Positions 25,360 through 35,832 of a DNA stretch of 51,223 bases are shown piece after piece. Every line of letters starts with the position of its first letter. Position 1 is the stretch's first letter. The notes beneath the pieces are model-generated. The model had not been told where the DNA came from. It saw only the letters and a list, made by a program, of their open reading frames with translations, and made no database searches. The position numbers were made by a program, and so were the translations under genes. Source of the DNA: a virus. Its lineage: Duplodnaviria; Caudoviricetes. Where the stretch lies: positions 1-51,223 of the IMG/VR virus record IMGVR_UViG_3300021082_000492; one strand, 5' to 3'.

Positions 25360-26088
25360 ATGGCAAACCCGACTCTTGCAATGATCGTCCCTATCGGCGG
25401 CACCGGCCCGGTTGATCCGGGTTGGGGTGGCGGTTGGGGCGGCAGCGGTCGTCCCGACAACTCGCTCCCTGGCGTTCCGGTCGACCCCGGCTTTGGCCAG
25501 GGACGGCCGCCGGTAGACCCCGGCTATGGTCGCCCCGGCTTCGGCGGTCGGCCAGACAACAGCCTGCCGATCGCTCCGGGTCATCCCGACATTGGTCTGC
25601 CGCCGCTGCCGGTCTATCCCAGCAACGGCTTGCCGTGGGCCCCGGTGCACCCGGATATCGGCCTGCCTGGTTATGGCCATCCTGACCAAGGCCTGCCTGG
25701 TCATGGCCATCCCGACCAAGGCCTTCCCGGCAGCGGCGCTCGGCCTGACCAAGGTCTTCCCGGTGCCCGTCCTGATCGTCCTAATCAAGGCCTTCCTCCC
25801 AGTGGGGCTCGTCCTGATCAAGGGCTTCCTCCCAGCGGCGCTCGCCCTGATCAAGGTCTTCCCGGCAGCGGCGGTCATCCCGACCAGGGCCTGCCTGGTA
25901 GCGGCGGTCATCCCGATCAAGGCCTGCCGGTGGCCGGATGGGTGCTCGCCTATGTGCCCCAATACGGTTGGATGTATATCCCGGTTGCGCGGGGAAGGAG
26001 TCCGATTGCCGTCTCTGGTAATAGGCCGGATCAGGAATTGCCGGAGACACCGGAGCCGAAACCGGCGTCGACGTCACCGCGTCGTTGA
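25360..26088 (+). CDS. Pro/Gly-rich repeat protein with (H/R)PDQGLP repeats
   Basis: AAGGAG RBS; more than 10 PDxGLP/PDNSLP units. Confidence 0.75.
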   Translation: MANPTLAMIVPIGGTGPVDPGWGGGWGGSGRPDNSLPGVPVDPGFGQGRPPVDPGYGRPGFGGRPDNSLPIAPGHPDIGLPPLPVYPSNGLPWAPVHPDIGLPGYGHPDQGLPGHGHPDQGLPGSGARPDQGLPGARPDRPNQGLPPSGARPDQGLPPSGARPDQGLPGSGGHPDQGLPGSGGHPDQGLPVAGWVLAYVPQYGWMYIPVARGRSPIAVSGNRPDQELPETPEPKPASTSPRR

Positions 26089-26094
26089 TCACCA

Positions 26095-26120
26095 CGGGGA
26101 GCCTTCGGGCTCCCCAATTT
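26095..26120 (+). terminator. Hairpin with UUCG loop, possible terminator
   Basis: GGGGAGCC-TTCG-GGCTCCCC followed by AATTT (weak U-tract). Confidence 0.5.
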
Positions 26121-26145
26121 CCATTTGGGTTAGGAGATAACGGCG

Positions 26146-26610
26146 ATGACCTGCACAAACCAAGTGGGCGTCAAGAATATCCTGCTCACTTTTAAAGATT
26201 GCGACACGGATGCCGTGTACGGCCCGATTTCGCATCACCTCGCGACCGACACACTGCCGACATGGCGGTTGTGCAACTACAACAACGAGCCTCTGCCATG
26301 GGGCTACGTCAAGCGCGTGCCAACCAATCCGGAGGTCGAGATCAACGTGATCCGCGACATCCGCATCCCGCTCTCGATGTACCAGGGCTGCTCTGACGTC
26401 ACACTGCAGGTCGAGTACTACAATGGTCTCGTCTACTCTGCAGCGCGCGGCACTGGTACCGGTGACGAGAAGTCGGACACCCACGAAGTCGCGATGACCA
26501 TCGTGTTCCGGATCATCGACGAAATGCTGCCTGAGGGCACGCTTGAGCCCAACGCGGACGAACTCTCGGCGACCTTCCCGGTCCCGTACGTTCCGCCAGG
26601 AGTGACCTAA
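26146..26610 (+). CDS. Tail tube protein
   Basis: Size and position between sheath and chaperone; AGGAG RBS. Confidence 0.7.
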   Translation: MTCTNQVGVKNILLTFKDCDTDAVYGPISHHLATDTLPTWRLCNYNNEPLPWGYVKRVPTNPEVEINVIRDIRIPLSMYQGCSDVTLQVEYYNGLVYSAARGTGTGDEKSDTHEVAMTIVFRIIDEMLPEGTLEPNADELSATFPVPYVPPGVT

Positions 26611-26613
26611 GCC

Positions 26614-27270
26614 ATGGCTGAAGCAGCTCAAGTTACAAAGCTTGAACCGCCGAAGTCACCGCCACCTGAGATGATTCCGATCTCCTTCCCGTTAGGAGAT
26701 CGGATAATTGATGGTGCTGTGGTGAAGCCCGTGTCGTTTGCTGCGTACATGGGCTTCATCACAGAAGCACAGAACCTGACCTCTCCCAAAACCTGGGAGG
26801 GAAAGATCCGTCGTGTGCGAATGACCAAGCAGGTCACCTACTTCATGGCGACCGCTCCGGTTCAGATATCCATGACGGATGTGCTGCGTATGCCGATTAA
26901 GGCTGCGCGCGACATCGGAGCCAAGCTCGACGAGAACGAGGGCAAGGCCGGCAAGATCTCGCGTGCTGGCGACGGTATCGACAAGGCGATCATTTACGAA
27001 CTCGGAACACCAATTCCAACGGGTCAGGGTAAGCCGCCGATTAACGAGCTTGAGTTTCTGGCCAAGACTTATGGTGACGTAGAAGATGTGCTGGCTGCAT
27101 CGACTACGTTTGCGCAAGGTCTGCAACTGATTGAGAGCGTGGCCAAGCCGCTCGGTAGTAGCCTCAGTGCGCTGCCATCTTGGGCCGTGAATCAGATCAT
27201 GTTTGCCGACGGCTTCACTATCGTTCGCGACGTGCTTCCGCATTTTCTCGGGTCGCCGCCGGAGTCGTAA
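26614..27270 (+). CDS. Tail assembly chaperone
   Basis: Lies between tube and tape measure. Confidence 0.6.
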   Translation: MAEAAQVTKLEPPKSPPPEMIPISFPLGDRIIDGAVVKPVSFAAYMGFITEAQNLTSPKTWEGKIRRVRMTKQVTYFMATAPVQISMTDVLRMPIKAARDIGAKLDENEGKAGKISRAGDGIDKAIIYELGTPIPTGQGKPPINELEFLAKTYGDVEDVLAASTTFAQGLQLIESVAKPLGSSLSALPSWAVNQIMFADGFTIVRDVLPHFLGSPPES

Positions 27271-27433
27271 ATCGAGTGGACGAGTGGCGTTATTATTGCG
27301 CCTCGGCCGGCGATCCAAGATCTCTGTCCATTCCGCTGTTGACCCTGCGGGTCAACGGGTTTCTCAAAGTCCACCGGCAGGAAATGCGCAACCGCATCAT
27401 TCTGGCCGGTGGCAAACCTAAATAGGCTTAGCC

Positions 27434-30400
27434 TTGGCTTCATTTGTTGAGCAGGCAACGCTTCGCGTCAAAGATGAATCGACCGCGCAGATCAACAAGA
27501 TCAACGCGGCGCTGAAGAAACTATTTGCGACCGCGAACTCGCTCAAGTCCGTCAAGGTTGACATCAAGGTCAACGACAAGGGCATTACCCAGGCGATTGC
27601 TAACATCAATCGGCTCAAGTCCGCCATGCGCGGCTTGAGCAGCCAGACGGTTAACATTAAGGCCAATGCTGCCGGGCTATCCAGTGCGCTGCGGCAGGTT
27701 CAACAACTGCGCACCGCGGCAGCAAGACCAATCACTGTCAACACGGCGGCCAGGCAAGCGGCACGAACGCCGGTACAGCCTAGGGCGACTGCAGCACCAC
27801 CACCTAGGGCGGCACCACCAGCACCACCAGCAAGGCGTCCGCCTGGCGCAGCGCCGGCACCGACTGGTGGGCGCGGTATTGGTGGCGGTGGTGGTGGTTA
27901 TCTACGCGGACCGATTTCGGTCACCGGCAGTGTTGCAGTTACGAACATGGACGCGATGGCGAGTGCGATGGCACGCGCCACAGGACGCGCAGCACAGGAG
28001 GGCTACAGCCAGGTCGATACTGCCGACACCAAGATGGCATTGCGGCGGTTTCCGAAGGAGACACAAGACGCGATCAATCTCTCCGTTGATCAACTGCAGG
28101 AGGATGCTCGCAATCGTAGAAATCCAATGACGGGCCAAGGAGGAGTGTACTGGAATCGCGCGCAGCAGAAAAATCTGCTTGTTGAGTCTATGGGTCAAGC
28201 CGGTGGCGATGTCGCTGGCGCGTCTTTCTTGGTGCAGCAAGCGGAATCCTTGGCCAAGATCGGCCAGGGACAAGGGCAGAGTGGGCAGCAGGCATACGAT
28301 AACGCGCTAGCCTTCATCAAGGCCGGCGAGCAGATGGGGCGCTTCCGTGATGCCGCGGGCAAGTTCGATTACGCCAGGGCGACGGAATACTTCGACACGA
28401 TGCGTCAGGCGACCCGAGAAATTGGTCAGGAATTCACTGGCCAACGATGGCTCACGACCATTGGTACGGCGCAGCAATCAAAATACGGCCTTGACCCCAA
28501 AGGCATGATGACGATGGCGCTCGGCATGGAGGAGTCGGGCTCTAAATTCGCTACCGGTTTTAACGAGATCGTCAAGCAGTTCAGCGGCGCTCGTCTGGAC
28601 AAGAGCAAGCTCGCAAATCTTGAGGCGCTTGGTCTGGTCGACAAAGGCATGGTGGATTCAAAGGGCAAGCCCTTTGCAAAAACCAAGGTGCCAACCTTGG
28701 ACCAGCTCCGAGAGGTCATGACCAAGGGCGCGACCGACGAAGGAGAATTGCGCAAGAACGTGCACGGCTTTGTGCAGGATAAGATCCTTCCTGCGATGAC
28801 AAGGCTGGGCCTAAACCCAAGAAGTGACGCAGACATCGGAAAGTTCGTTGGCAAGGTCACTAGTGGTAAAGGCTCCGATATTCTTTTCAATGTGATCAAA
28901 CGCTCGACGGAGTGGGCGCAGGATATTGAGCGCGCCCTGAAGCGTCCCGGCGACATCGACAGCGGAGAACGAGACACCGAGGGATCTGGCCGACTTGCCG
29001 GTACGGCGCTCAGAAATCAGTTTGTGTCTACGCTGGGCGAAACCATCAACAAGATGGAGACCACATTCGTACCGCTCGCCTCTGGCATGGCCGAGAAGCT
29101 CAGCAAAGCATCCGAAGCCATCAGCAAAGGTGAATCACCGGATGCGCCTACGATGATGGCCGCCGCGGCGGCGGCGGTAGCGGCTGTTCCGATGTTAACC
29201 ACGTTCGGCGCGGCGCAGGGTTTGCGCGCGACCTTGAGCGAAGATCCGGCGACATCATCGCTAGGTGCGGCTGGCACCTCGCTGAATACAGCCGGTGGCG
29301 CGTTGCTTTTTGCTGCCGGTGCGCTAGCGGCAGCGGCGGGCACGAAGTTACCTGGCTTAGGTGATGGGCTTGGTGGGCCTGATCGTGTGAAGCCGGGTCA
29401 GAAGCCTGGCGGACCCGATTTGAAAAAACCACCAACAGTGCCGGAACCGCCGGGAGGACCACCAAAAGGCGGACCACCAAAAGGCGGACCTGGCGGCAAC
29501 TTAGGACGATTTTCGACTGCCCTCCGATGGTTGATGCGACCGGCAGCGCTCGCGGTAGGGGCCGTGACCGGTATCACCGCGGCAGCATTCTTGGCGATGT
29601 CGACCCAGCCGACGGGCGGCAAGAGCAATCAACCCGAATTTCAAAAGCTCAACGATTCTTTGGAGGAATTCAGCAAGATTCAGGGACGCTGGCAACAGGC
29701 CCAGCATGAAAAGGAACAGATCACCAAAGACCTGGCAAGTGGGAATATCAAACCGGGCGATGTCGAGGCTGCGAGAGCAAAACTGGCCGCTCTCAGTACC
29801 GAGCTTGCGACCCTGGAGCAACGAGCGGCAGCGGCTAAGCAGGCCATTGTGGACGCTGAAAAAACTCTAACGGAGCGGTCAGCCGTACAGGTGAAGGAAG
29901 ACCAGAAGAAAGCGGAGATGGAAAAGCTGGCGAAGGACCGCGCCGAGCGAGCCCGAATGACCGAGTTAGAGCGCCAAGCTGCTAAGCGGCGCGAAGATGC
30001 AAAAAAGAGAGGCGAAGAGCAGCCTGACCCCAACAAGGTGTATCCGGAGCCGAAGCCGAGCACTGATCCAAGACTCATAAAAGCGGAGCAAGACGCAAAG
30101 GATCGGGCGCGGGCAGAACAAGCAGAAAGGGACCGGGCACAGGCAGAACGAGAAGCGCGCGCGAGAGAGCGCGAGCGGATGGAGCAGCAGGATCGGGATG
30201 AGGAGGCGCGGGGTCGGGAGGAAGCGGAAAAGCCTGATGAGAAACAGCAAGCAACAATTGATGTCGCCGATAAATTGATGGCTGCCGCGCCTGGAATCGG
30301 TGCCGCGATTGCAGCTCCGATCATTGCTGTCGGCCCGCAAATCGGCGCAGGGATGACGGAGCCGCTCGCAAACGCGGCTGCAAGTTTTCAAAGCGCGTTT

Positions 30401-30628
30401 AGTGAGGTGGGTTCACAGATGACTGCGGCCGGTGCCGCACTCGCTGCAGGCGGACAACAGGCCGCTTCCACAATCCAAGCCGGAGCGTCGGCTGCAGGCA
30501 GCGCTTATGGCGCGGCAGCTGCGGCCAAAATTGCGTCAGCGGTCGCGAATGTGAACATCAACGTGAATCACACCGGTAGCGGTGGTGGCGCCGGTGGTAG
30601 TCCCGGCCCGGCAAAAGAAGCCCAGTAA
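27434..30628 (+). CDS. Tape measure protein
   Basis: 1064 aa, Ala/Gly-rich and helical; L.VKD..T..I.KI N-terminus; TTG start. Confidence 0.85.
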   Translation: MASFVEQATLRVKDESTAQINKINAALKKLFATANSLKSVKVDIKVNDKGITQAIANINRLKSAMRGLSSQTVNIKANAAGLSSALRQVQQLRTAAARPITVNTAARQAARTPVQPRATAAPPPRAAPPAPPARRPPGAAPAPTGGRGIGGGGGGYLRGPISVTGSVAVTNMDAMASAMARATGRAAQEGYSQVDTADTKMALRRFPKETQDAINLSVDQLQEDARNRRNPMTGQGGVYWNRAQQKNLLVESMGQAGGDVAGASFLVQQAESLAKIGQGQGQSGQQAYDNALAFIKAGEQMGRFRDAAGKFDYARATEYFDTMRQATREIGQEFTGQRWLTTIGTAQQSKYGLDPKGMMTMALGMEESGSKFATGFNEIVKQFSGARLDKSKLANLEALGLVDKGMVDSKGKPFAKTKVPTLDQLREVMTKGATDEGELRKNVHGFVQDKILPAMTRLGLNPRSDADIGKFVGKVTSGKGSDILFNVIKRSTEWAQDIERALKRPGDIDSGERDTEGSGRLAGTALRNQFVSTLGETINKMETTFVPLASGMAEKLSKASEAISKGESPDAPTMMAAAAAAVAAVPMLTTFGAAQGLRATLSEDPATSSLGAAGTSLNTAGGALLFAAGALAAAAGTKLPGLGDGLGGPDRVKPGQKPGGPDLKKPPTVPEPPGGPPKGGPPKGGPGGNLGRFSTALRWLMRPAALAVGAVTGITAAAFLAMSTQPTGGKSNQPEFQKLNDSLEEFSKIQGRWQQAQHEKEQITKDLASGNIKPGDVEAARAKLAALSTELATLEQRAAAAKQAIVDAEKTLTERSAVQVKEDQKKAEMEKLAKDRAERARMTELERQAAKRREDAKKRGEEQPDPNKVYPEPKPSTDPRLIKAEQDAKDRARAEQAERDRAQAEREARARERERMEQQDRDEEARGREEAEKPDEKQQATIDVADKLMAAAPGIGAAIAAPIIAVGPQIGAGMTEPLANAAASFQSAFSEVGSQMTAAGAALAAGGQQAASTIQAGASAAGSAYGAAAAAKIASAVANVNINVNHTGSGGGAGGSPGPAKEAQ

Positions 30629-31897
30629 ATGTCGGAACATAACTGCGCCATCGGCAAAGACTATGTCCCGGCATCATTCAAAGGTGTCGGCTTTCAATGC
30701 AAAGAGGTTGACGTCGAAGGTGGTCGCCGCGGCGCCGAAGGTGAATTTCCGTTCGGTGAAATCACCGCCTACGCCGATCTCGGTCGTAAGATCCAAGTCT
30801 ATCATCTCACCGCGGTGTTTCGTGCAGATGATCACGTCTTCGACAGCCACTCGCTGTTTCAGGCTTGCCAGTCGCCGGGCCCGGGTCCGCTGGTGCATCC
30901 GACTCGCGGCACTGTTCTGGCCGCTTGTCGCTCGGTCAAAGTTAAGGACAATCTCGAAGAGGCCGGCGAAACCACTGTTGAGATGGAGTTCGTTGAGGCC
31001 AATGGCATCGGCGTCAGCGGTCCAACCTCCGGCCCCGGCTTCGCCTCGCTCTATGGCATTATCATCAGCCCGCTCAATGATATTTCGCGGGAAGCATTTC
31101 TGGCGGAATACACACCCAAGTTGGTGGCGCAGCCGTGGCGTGTTGACGTTATCAATCGCGCCCAGAGCCTGGTCGCTGCCGTTGCCCAGGTGACAGTTCA
31201 CACTCTGACTGCGCAGTCATCGACTAATGAGTGGCGCGCCGCGCTAGCCATGGAGGATGTGGCCGAGGACGACGGGCTCGCCTCCGATCCGGAGAAAGTC
31301 GAGGAGGCGCTGTTCACTGGCTTCAAGTTTATCTCCAGCAAGATCCAGGACGCCGACGGCCGCTATAAGATTTTCCGCAGCCTGGTGAACTTCGCCTCGT
31401 TCACGTCATATCATCCAGTGCACGTTGCGCAGACCAGCGAAGAGGCGGTGCTCAGTCGTCATCGCCTTCTCAGCGCCATCGGCATGGCGGAAGCGGCAAT
31501 GGGCCGGAAGTACCGGCACCTCGGTGAGGGCCTGGCGGCGATGGAGGAAGTCCTCAAGGTGTTCGAGGACGAGGCCAGGATCGCCTACGACGAATGCAAC
31601 AACGGGCTCTTCCTGGAGATCAAGCGCTACGCGGTCGAATTCAGCAAGATGATGCACGATATGACCTACCGGCTGCCGGGTCGGGTCATCGTCGATTATA
31701 GCGGTGGCGTGCATCCGCTGATCGCGTCGTATGTCCTCTACAAGGACGCCAAGCGCCATCGTGAGCTTGAGCAGACCAATATCGTCGACGCCAACGGGCG
31801 CTTCCAACAACTTGTGGTCGGGTTGACGCCAGGTGGTCCTGCCGCCGGCGGACATGTCCGCATTTTCCCGATCCAACCAGCCTACATCCCGAGATGA
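30629..31897 (+). CDS. Mu N-like DNA circularization/tail initiation protein
   Basis: ASFKGVGF...GRR....EFP.....DLGR and GPGPLVHP..G motifs. Confidence 0.85.
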   Translation: MSEHNCAIGKDYVPASFKGVGFQCKEVDVEGGRRGAEGEFPFGEITAYADLGRKIQVYHLTAVFRADDHVFDSHSLFQACQSPGPGPLVHPTRGTVLAACRSVKVKDNLEEAGETTVEMEFVEANGIGVSGPTSGPGFASLYGIIISPLNDISREAFLAEYTPKLVAQPWRVDVINRAQSLVAAVAQVTVHTLTAQSSTNEWRAALAMEDVAEDDGLASDPEKVEEALFTGFKFISSKIQDADGRYKIFRSLVNFASFTSYHPVHVAQTSEEAVLSRHRLLSAIGMAEAAMGRKYRHLGEGLAAMEEVLKVFEDEARIAYDECNNGLFLEIKRYAVEFSKMMHDMTYRLPGRVIVDYSGGVHPLIASYVLYKDAKRHRELEQTNIVDANGRFQQLVVGLTPGGPAAGGHVRIFPIQPAYIPR

Positions 31898-33264
31898 AAC
31901 CGGTTGTTATTACCTGCGGCGGCGGGCCGATCGAAACTTGGACGGAGATGACGCTCAATCGCAAGAAAGAGAATCTAACTGGTCAATTATCGGTCACCAT
32001 CTTTGCCGGAGCCGCGCCGAGCAAGCCAATCCTGGTGGCGGCAAAAGCTGGCGCTCCTATCCAAGTCTACATCGCAGGTCAGCTAGCGTTCACTGGCTAC
32101 GTCGACGCGCGCACCGGCACCGGCGCGCATACCGGCGACAAGGGAACGGCAGACAGTTCTGGCGGACAGGAGACCGAAGGCACGAGCGGCGAGGGTGGCG
32201 GCTCGATGAGCGTCAACATCGGCCCAAACGAATACACGGTTAAAATCGTGGCACGCGGTAAGACCAGACGGTTGGTCGATAGTTCGCACCAGCATCCGAC
32301 CACAAACATGATGAAGCCGACCACGAAAGATGTGGTCCAGAAGTTGGTGGAGCCGTTCAAGACTCAGGTCGAATGGCTTGGACAAGTGATCAAGCTCGAC
32401 AAGGTGCGTTTTCGTGACGGCGCCCGCGTGGTTGACGAACTCAACCGGGTCCAGAACGAAAATTGCTACTTCATGTATGAGACGCGCGACGGAAAATTAC
32501 GGGTCACGGATGGCGTCGGTCCTGGAGGTGGTGGTGATGCACTCATCCTTGGCTACAACATTCTACGATTTTCTGCTGAACAGTCAGACGATAAAGCCAA
32601 GAGCAAGGTCAAAGCCAAGGGCCAACGCACCGAGAAGAAAAAATGGGGTGAGGAAGCCCTGCTTAAAACCTACAAAGAAGTAAAGGACTCCTGGGTCAAG
32701 GACTTCGTGCCGCACACCGTGCAGCATAACGGCGATGCCACTGACATGGAGTTGGAGCGACGCGCACGGTTCGAAATGAACAAGCGCAGCTCCGAAAGTA
32801 AGAAGATCACGATCGAGGTGTTTCATGTGCAGTCGCCATCCGGCGCGCCGTGGGACATCGGGAATGTCCATTATGTTGAGGTGCCACCCGAAGGCATCTT
32901 CGACATGTTCGAGTGCATCGATCTGACCTATCACGTCGATGCCCACAAGGAACTCAAGACCACACTGATCCTCTCGCCACCTCCATCCAGTGGAGGTGGC
33001 GGCAGTAGTCCTGGTGGCAGCGGCGTCGGCTACGGGTTGGACAAGATCGATTTTAATACCGGTCGTGCGCGCCGCGCGCAGGCCGGGATCGAGCTGAAGC
33101 CAGACGAATATCCGCAGCCGTGGTGCCCGCCGATGCTCAGCGAGCTGCCGCAGATGACGTTGGTCGAGGCCCAAGCCAAAGGCGTCACCGAGGATTACGA
33201 GAAGGATGACAAGAACGAGCGCGATGCACCGCTGATGCTGCCACCTTGGTTTGAGGATCAATGA
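31894..33264 (+). CDS. Baseplate hub (Mu P/gp44-like)
   Basis: FTGYVD, RGKT..LVDSS, L.LG.NIL and W..G motifs. Confidence 0.8.
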   Translation: MKPVVITCGGGPIETWTEMTLNRKKENLTGQLSVTIFAGAAPSKPILVAAKAGAPIQVYIAGQLAFTGYVDARTGTGAHTGDKGTADSSGGQETEGTSGEGGGSMSVNIGPNEYTVKIVARGKTRRLVDSSHQHPTTNMMKPTTKDVVQKLVEPFKTQVEWLGQVIKLDKVRFRDGARVVDELNRVQNENCYFMYETRDGKLRVTDGVGPGGGGDALILGYNILRFSAEQSDDKAKSKVKAKGQRTEKKKWGEEALLKTYKEVKDSWVKDFVPHTVQHNGDATDMELERRARFEMNKRSSESKKITIEVFHVQSPSGAPWDIGNVHYVEVPPEGIFDMFECIDLTYHVDAHKELKTTLILSPPPSSGGGGSSPGGSGVGYGLDKIDFNTGRARRAQAGIELKPDEYPQPWCPPMLSELPQMTLVEAQAKGVTEDYEKDDKNERDAPLMLPPWFEDQ

Positions 33265-33265
33265 A

Positions 33266-34039
33266 ATGACGACGTACACGCATTATCGCGAGTCCAAGCG
33301 CGACCAGCAGGACCACATCGAGCGCCACGTCTGGGGAGAGCAAAAATACGTCAAGGGCGCCGGCTCCATCATCAAGGTGCGCGGCACCGATACCAAGGAT
33401 GAAGAGACCGCGGTCACTGTGGTCGGCTCCGGCACCTCGTTTAATCTGAAGAAGGATCATAACGCCGAGGTGTTCGAACTCTCCGGCGGAGCAGACACCA
33501 CACTCAAGTTGGCGATCCTGACCATCCCGCGCGACAAGCAGCGCAGATGGAAGGAGGAGCACGGCGGCGTGCAGAATCCGCTCGACGACGAGTGGGCGCT
33601 CGATTTCGGCAAGGAGAAAGCGCACATCACCAAGAAGGAATTTGCCGTCGGCAAGGATGGCGAGTTTGAAATCACCAAGGACAAGAACGTCTACTTCCGG
33701 CTCGATGGCGACAAAAAGTTCATCATCGATGGCGAGTTGATCGTCAACAAACTGATCAAGACGCCGCAGATTGTGCAGGGCAAAGAGAAGCCGCCGGGCT
33801 TCCAAGGCAACGAGCAGGCCGAGGCCAGCGATGATGACAGCAGCGGTGGCGGCGGTGGTAGCAGCGTGGCTTCGGCATCGTTCGAAGCGGAAGCGCCGCG
33901 CGATGTGATGGGCGACGTCGTCGAGGCCATCCGCGCTCTGAAGAACGCACTGTCCTGGTTGCCGGAAAACCTGCCGACCGAGGTGCGCGCGGAGTTCACC
34001 AGCCTACAGACAGCGATAGGCGAGGCCACCCATGGATGA
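33266..34039 (+). CDS. Baseplate central spike (Mu gp45-like)
   Basis: Synteny and beta-rich repeats. Confidence 0.6.
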   Translation: MTTYTHYRESKRDQQDHIERHVWGEQKYVKGAGSIIKVRGTDTKDEETAVTVVGSGTSFNLKKDHNAEVFELSGGADTTLKLAILTIPRDKQRRWKEEHGGVQNPLDDEWALDFGKEKAHITKKEFAVGKDGEFEITKDKNVYFRLDGDKKFIIDGELIVNKLIKTPQIVQGKEKPPGFQGNEQAEASDDDSSGGGGGSSVASASFEAEAPRDVMGDVVEAIRALKNALSWLPENLPTEVRAEFTSLQTAIGEATHG

Positions 34040-34598
34040 CGCCTCTTGCTTAGATAAAGACGTAGGTCGTCGTCGCATTTTCTGGACCACCAGGCCAGAA
34101 GCCTGCGGTGATCACGATATGTGCGGCTATCAGTGTGCAATCCCCGGCCTCGAGTATGTTTATATACAGGATGAGGTGACCCGCGCCGAGATTGGTCGGA
34201 CCATTTCGAACGACGAGTGGGTGCGCGGCCTGATTCTCAACGTGCTCAACACGCGGGCGCGCAACGATCGGCCCTGCCCGAGCCCAGCCTCGGTGTACGG
34301 CCACTGGTCAGAATCCTTCTTTCGTGAAGGTGAATGGTTCTATATCGGCTCGACGTTGTGGAACGCCGCGGAGAAGCTATACGCCCGCTGTCAAGATGCG
34401 GTGAAGGCGATCGAGGCGGCCATCCGCGCTGACATGGGTAAGTTGATTGCCCAAGGCATTATCCAATCGGTCGTGGTGCACGCGGTCTATCACCGACAAA
34501 GCCACGTTGATGTCGTGATCGACACCGTGACGTCGACCGGCCGAACCCGCATCGATCTATCTGGTGCGTTCGTTTCTGAGTCCTGGATATGGCGCTAG
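34032..34598 (+). CDS. Baseplate wedge (Mu gp46-like)
   Basis: L.T.AR...GHW.ESF...IGS.LW...LI..G pattern. Confidence 0.7.
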   Translation: MDDASCLDKDVGRRRIFWTTRPEACGDHDMCGYQCAIPGLEYVYIQDEVTRAEIGRTISNDEWVRGLILNVLNTRARNDRPCPSPASVYGHWSESFFREGEWFYIGSTLWNAAEKLYARCQDAVKAIEAAIRADMGKLIAQGIIQSVVVHAVYHRQSHVDVVIDTVTSTGRTRIDLSGAFVSESWIWR

Positions 34599-34602
34599 AC
34601 CA

Positions 34603-35832
34603 ATGGCATGCGTCATTCTCCGACCCGAACCGCAGGTGCTGTTCGACCGCTTGCGAAATTCGTTTTCCAACACCGTTCTCGGTGGTGGGAAAGTCATCCC
34701 TGAGTCCAATGAATGGTACGTCATCGCCAATGACTACGCCGCGGCCGAGCAGTTTTACGCCGTGGCGGATCAGATGTGGCGGGAGCGCAACCCCGAGACG
34801 GCATGCTGCGAAAATCTTTACATCATGGCAGCGCAGCACGGGGTGTTCCCGCGGCCACCGGCACATGCCGAGGGCTACGCCAAGCTAACCGGCGTGCCGC
34901 ATACTCCGGTGCCGGCCTACTTTGAGGTCAGCACTACGCTCGGCATCTTTGTTTCCACCGGCTCGATCCCGCTGGAGTTGTCAGAGCAGGGTGAGGTCAT
35001 TGTTCGCATCCGGGCGATGACACCGGGTCCGCAGATGAACGCAGGCGGTACCGTCACCGAAGGTACGCTGACCACCGCAGCGCCGAACATCGATGCAACA
35101 GTGCAGATATGCGGCGGGCAATTCTGTGGTGGAGCGGAAGAGGAAGACTGCGAAACATTCCGCAAGCGCTATCTCAACCGGCTCGCCTACCACCCTCGCG
35201 CCACCATGGCGTGGATCAAAGAAAAATTTCTCGAGTTTCCATGCGCGACCAGGGTGTGCATCCGCGAGGGCTCGTGCTGCCGCTGCAATCCGGATTGTGA
35301 GTGCAGCCAGGATTGTGGTTGTAAAAATTGCGGAAACAACATGAATTTTTACGTGATGTTCGACACCGCGTTTCCTTGCGGCATTCCTCCGCAGAACATT
35401 GTCGACGACATCACCAAATGGATGTTTGGCGAGCACCAGGGCTACGGCGAGGGCCAGGTCGAGATCGGTGTCTGCGGCCAGGTGTTCATGCCCAAGCCGT
35501 TACCGGTGAACGTCATCATCGACATCGCCGGCTGTCCGAGCGTGGCGCAGAAGCAGCTGATCGAGAATGACATCCGCGCGCTATTCCAGCGGATCTGCCC
35601 GTCGATACCACTGTGCGCCAAGCAGATCGAGCTGATCATCGCAGCTGTGATCGGCGCCGAGATCAACGCCGCGGCCCGGTTCGAGATACCAGGCTACGAG
35701 GACAAGAAGCCGCCGTATCCCCGCGAGCTGGTCTACATCAATGAGGGTTGCTGCATTGAGCCGGAGTGCGACGTCCTGCCGTGCATCAACGAGGTGAGCT
35801 TCAACTTACCGCAGACCGGACTACCCTGCTGA
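34603..35832 (+). CDS. Baseplate J-like protein, Cys-rich
   Basis: P.TA..E.L...A...G..., GGAEEE..ETFRKR motif. Confidence 0.85.
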   Translation: MACVILRPEPQVLFDRLRNSFSNTVLGGGKVIPESNEWYVIANDYAAAEQFYAVADQMWRERNPETACCENLYIMAAQHGVFPRPPAHAEGYAKLTGVPHTPVPAYFEVSTTLGIFVSTGSIPLELSEQGEVIVRIRAMTPGPQMNAGGTVTEGTLTTAAPNIDATVQICGGQFCGGAEEEDCETFRKRYLNRLAYHPRATMAWIKEKFLEFPCATRVCIREGSCCRCNPDCECSQDCGCKNCGNNMNFYVMFDTAFPCGIPPQNIVDDITKWMFGEHQGYGEGQVEIGVCGQVFMPKPLPVNVIIDIAGCPSVAQKQLIENDIRALFQRICPSIPLCAKQIELIIAAVIGAEINAAARFEIPGYEDKKPPYPRELVYINEGCCIEPECDVLPCINEVSFNLPQTGLPC

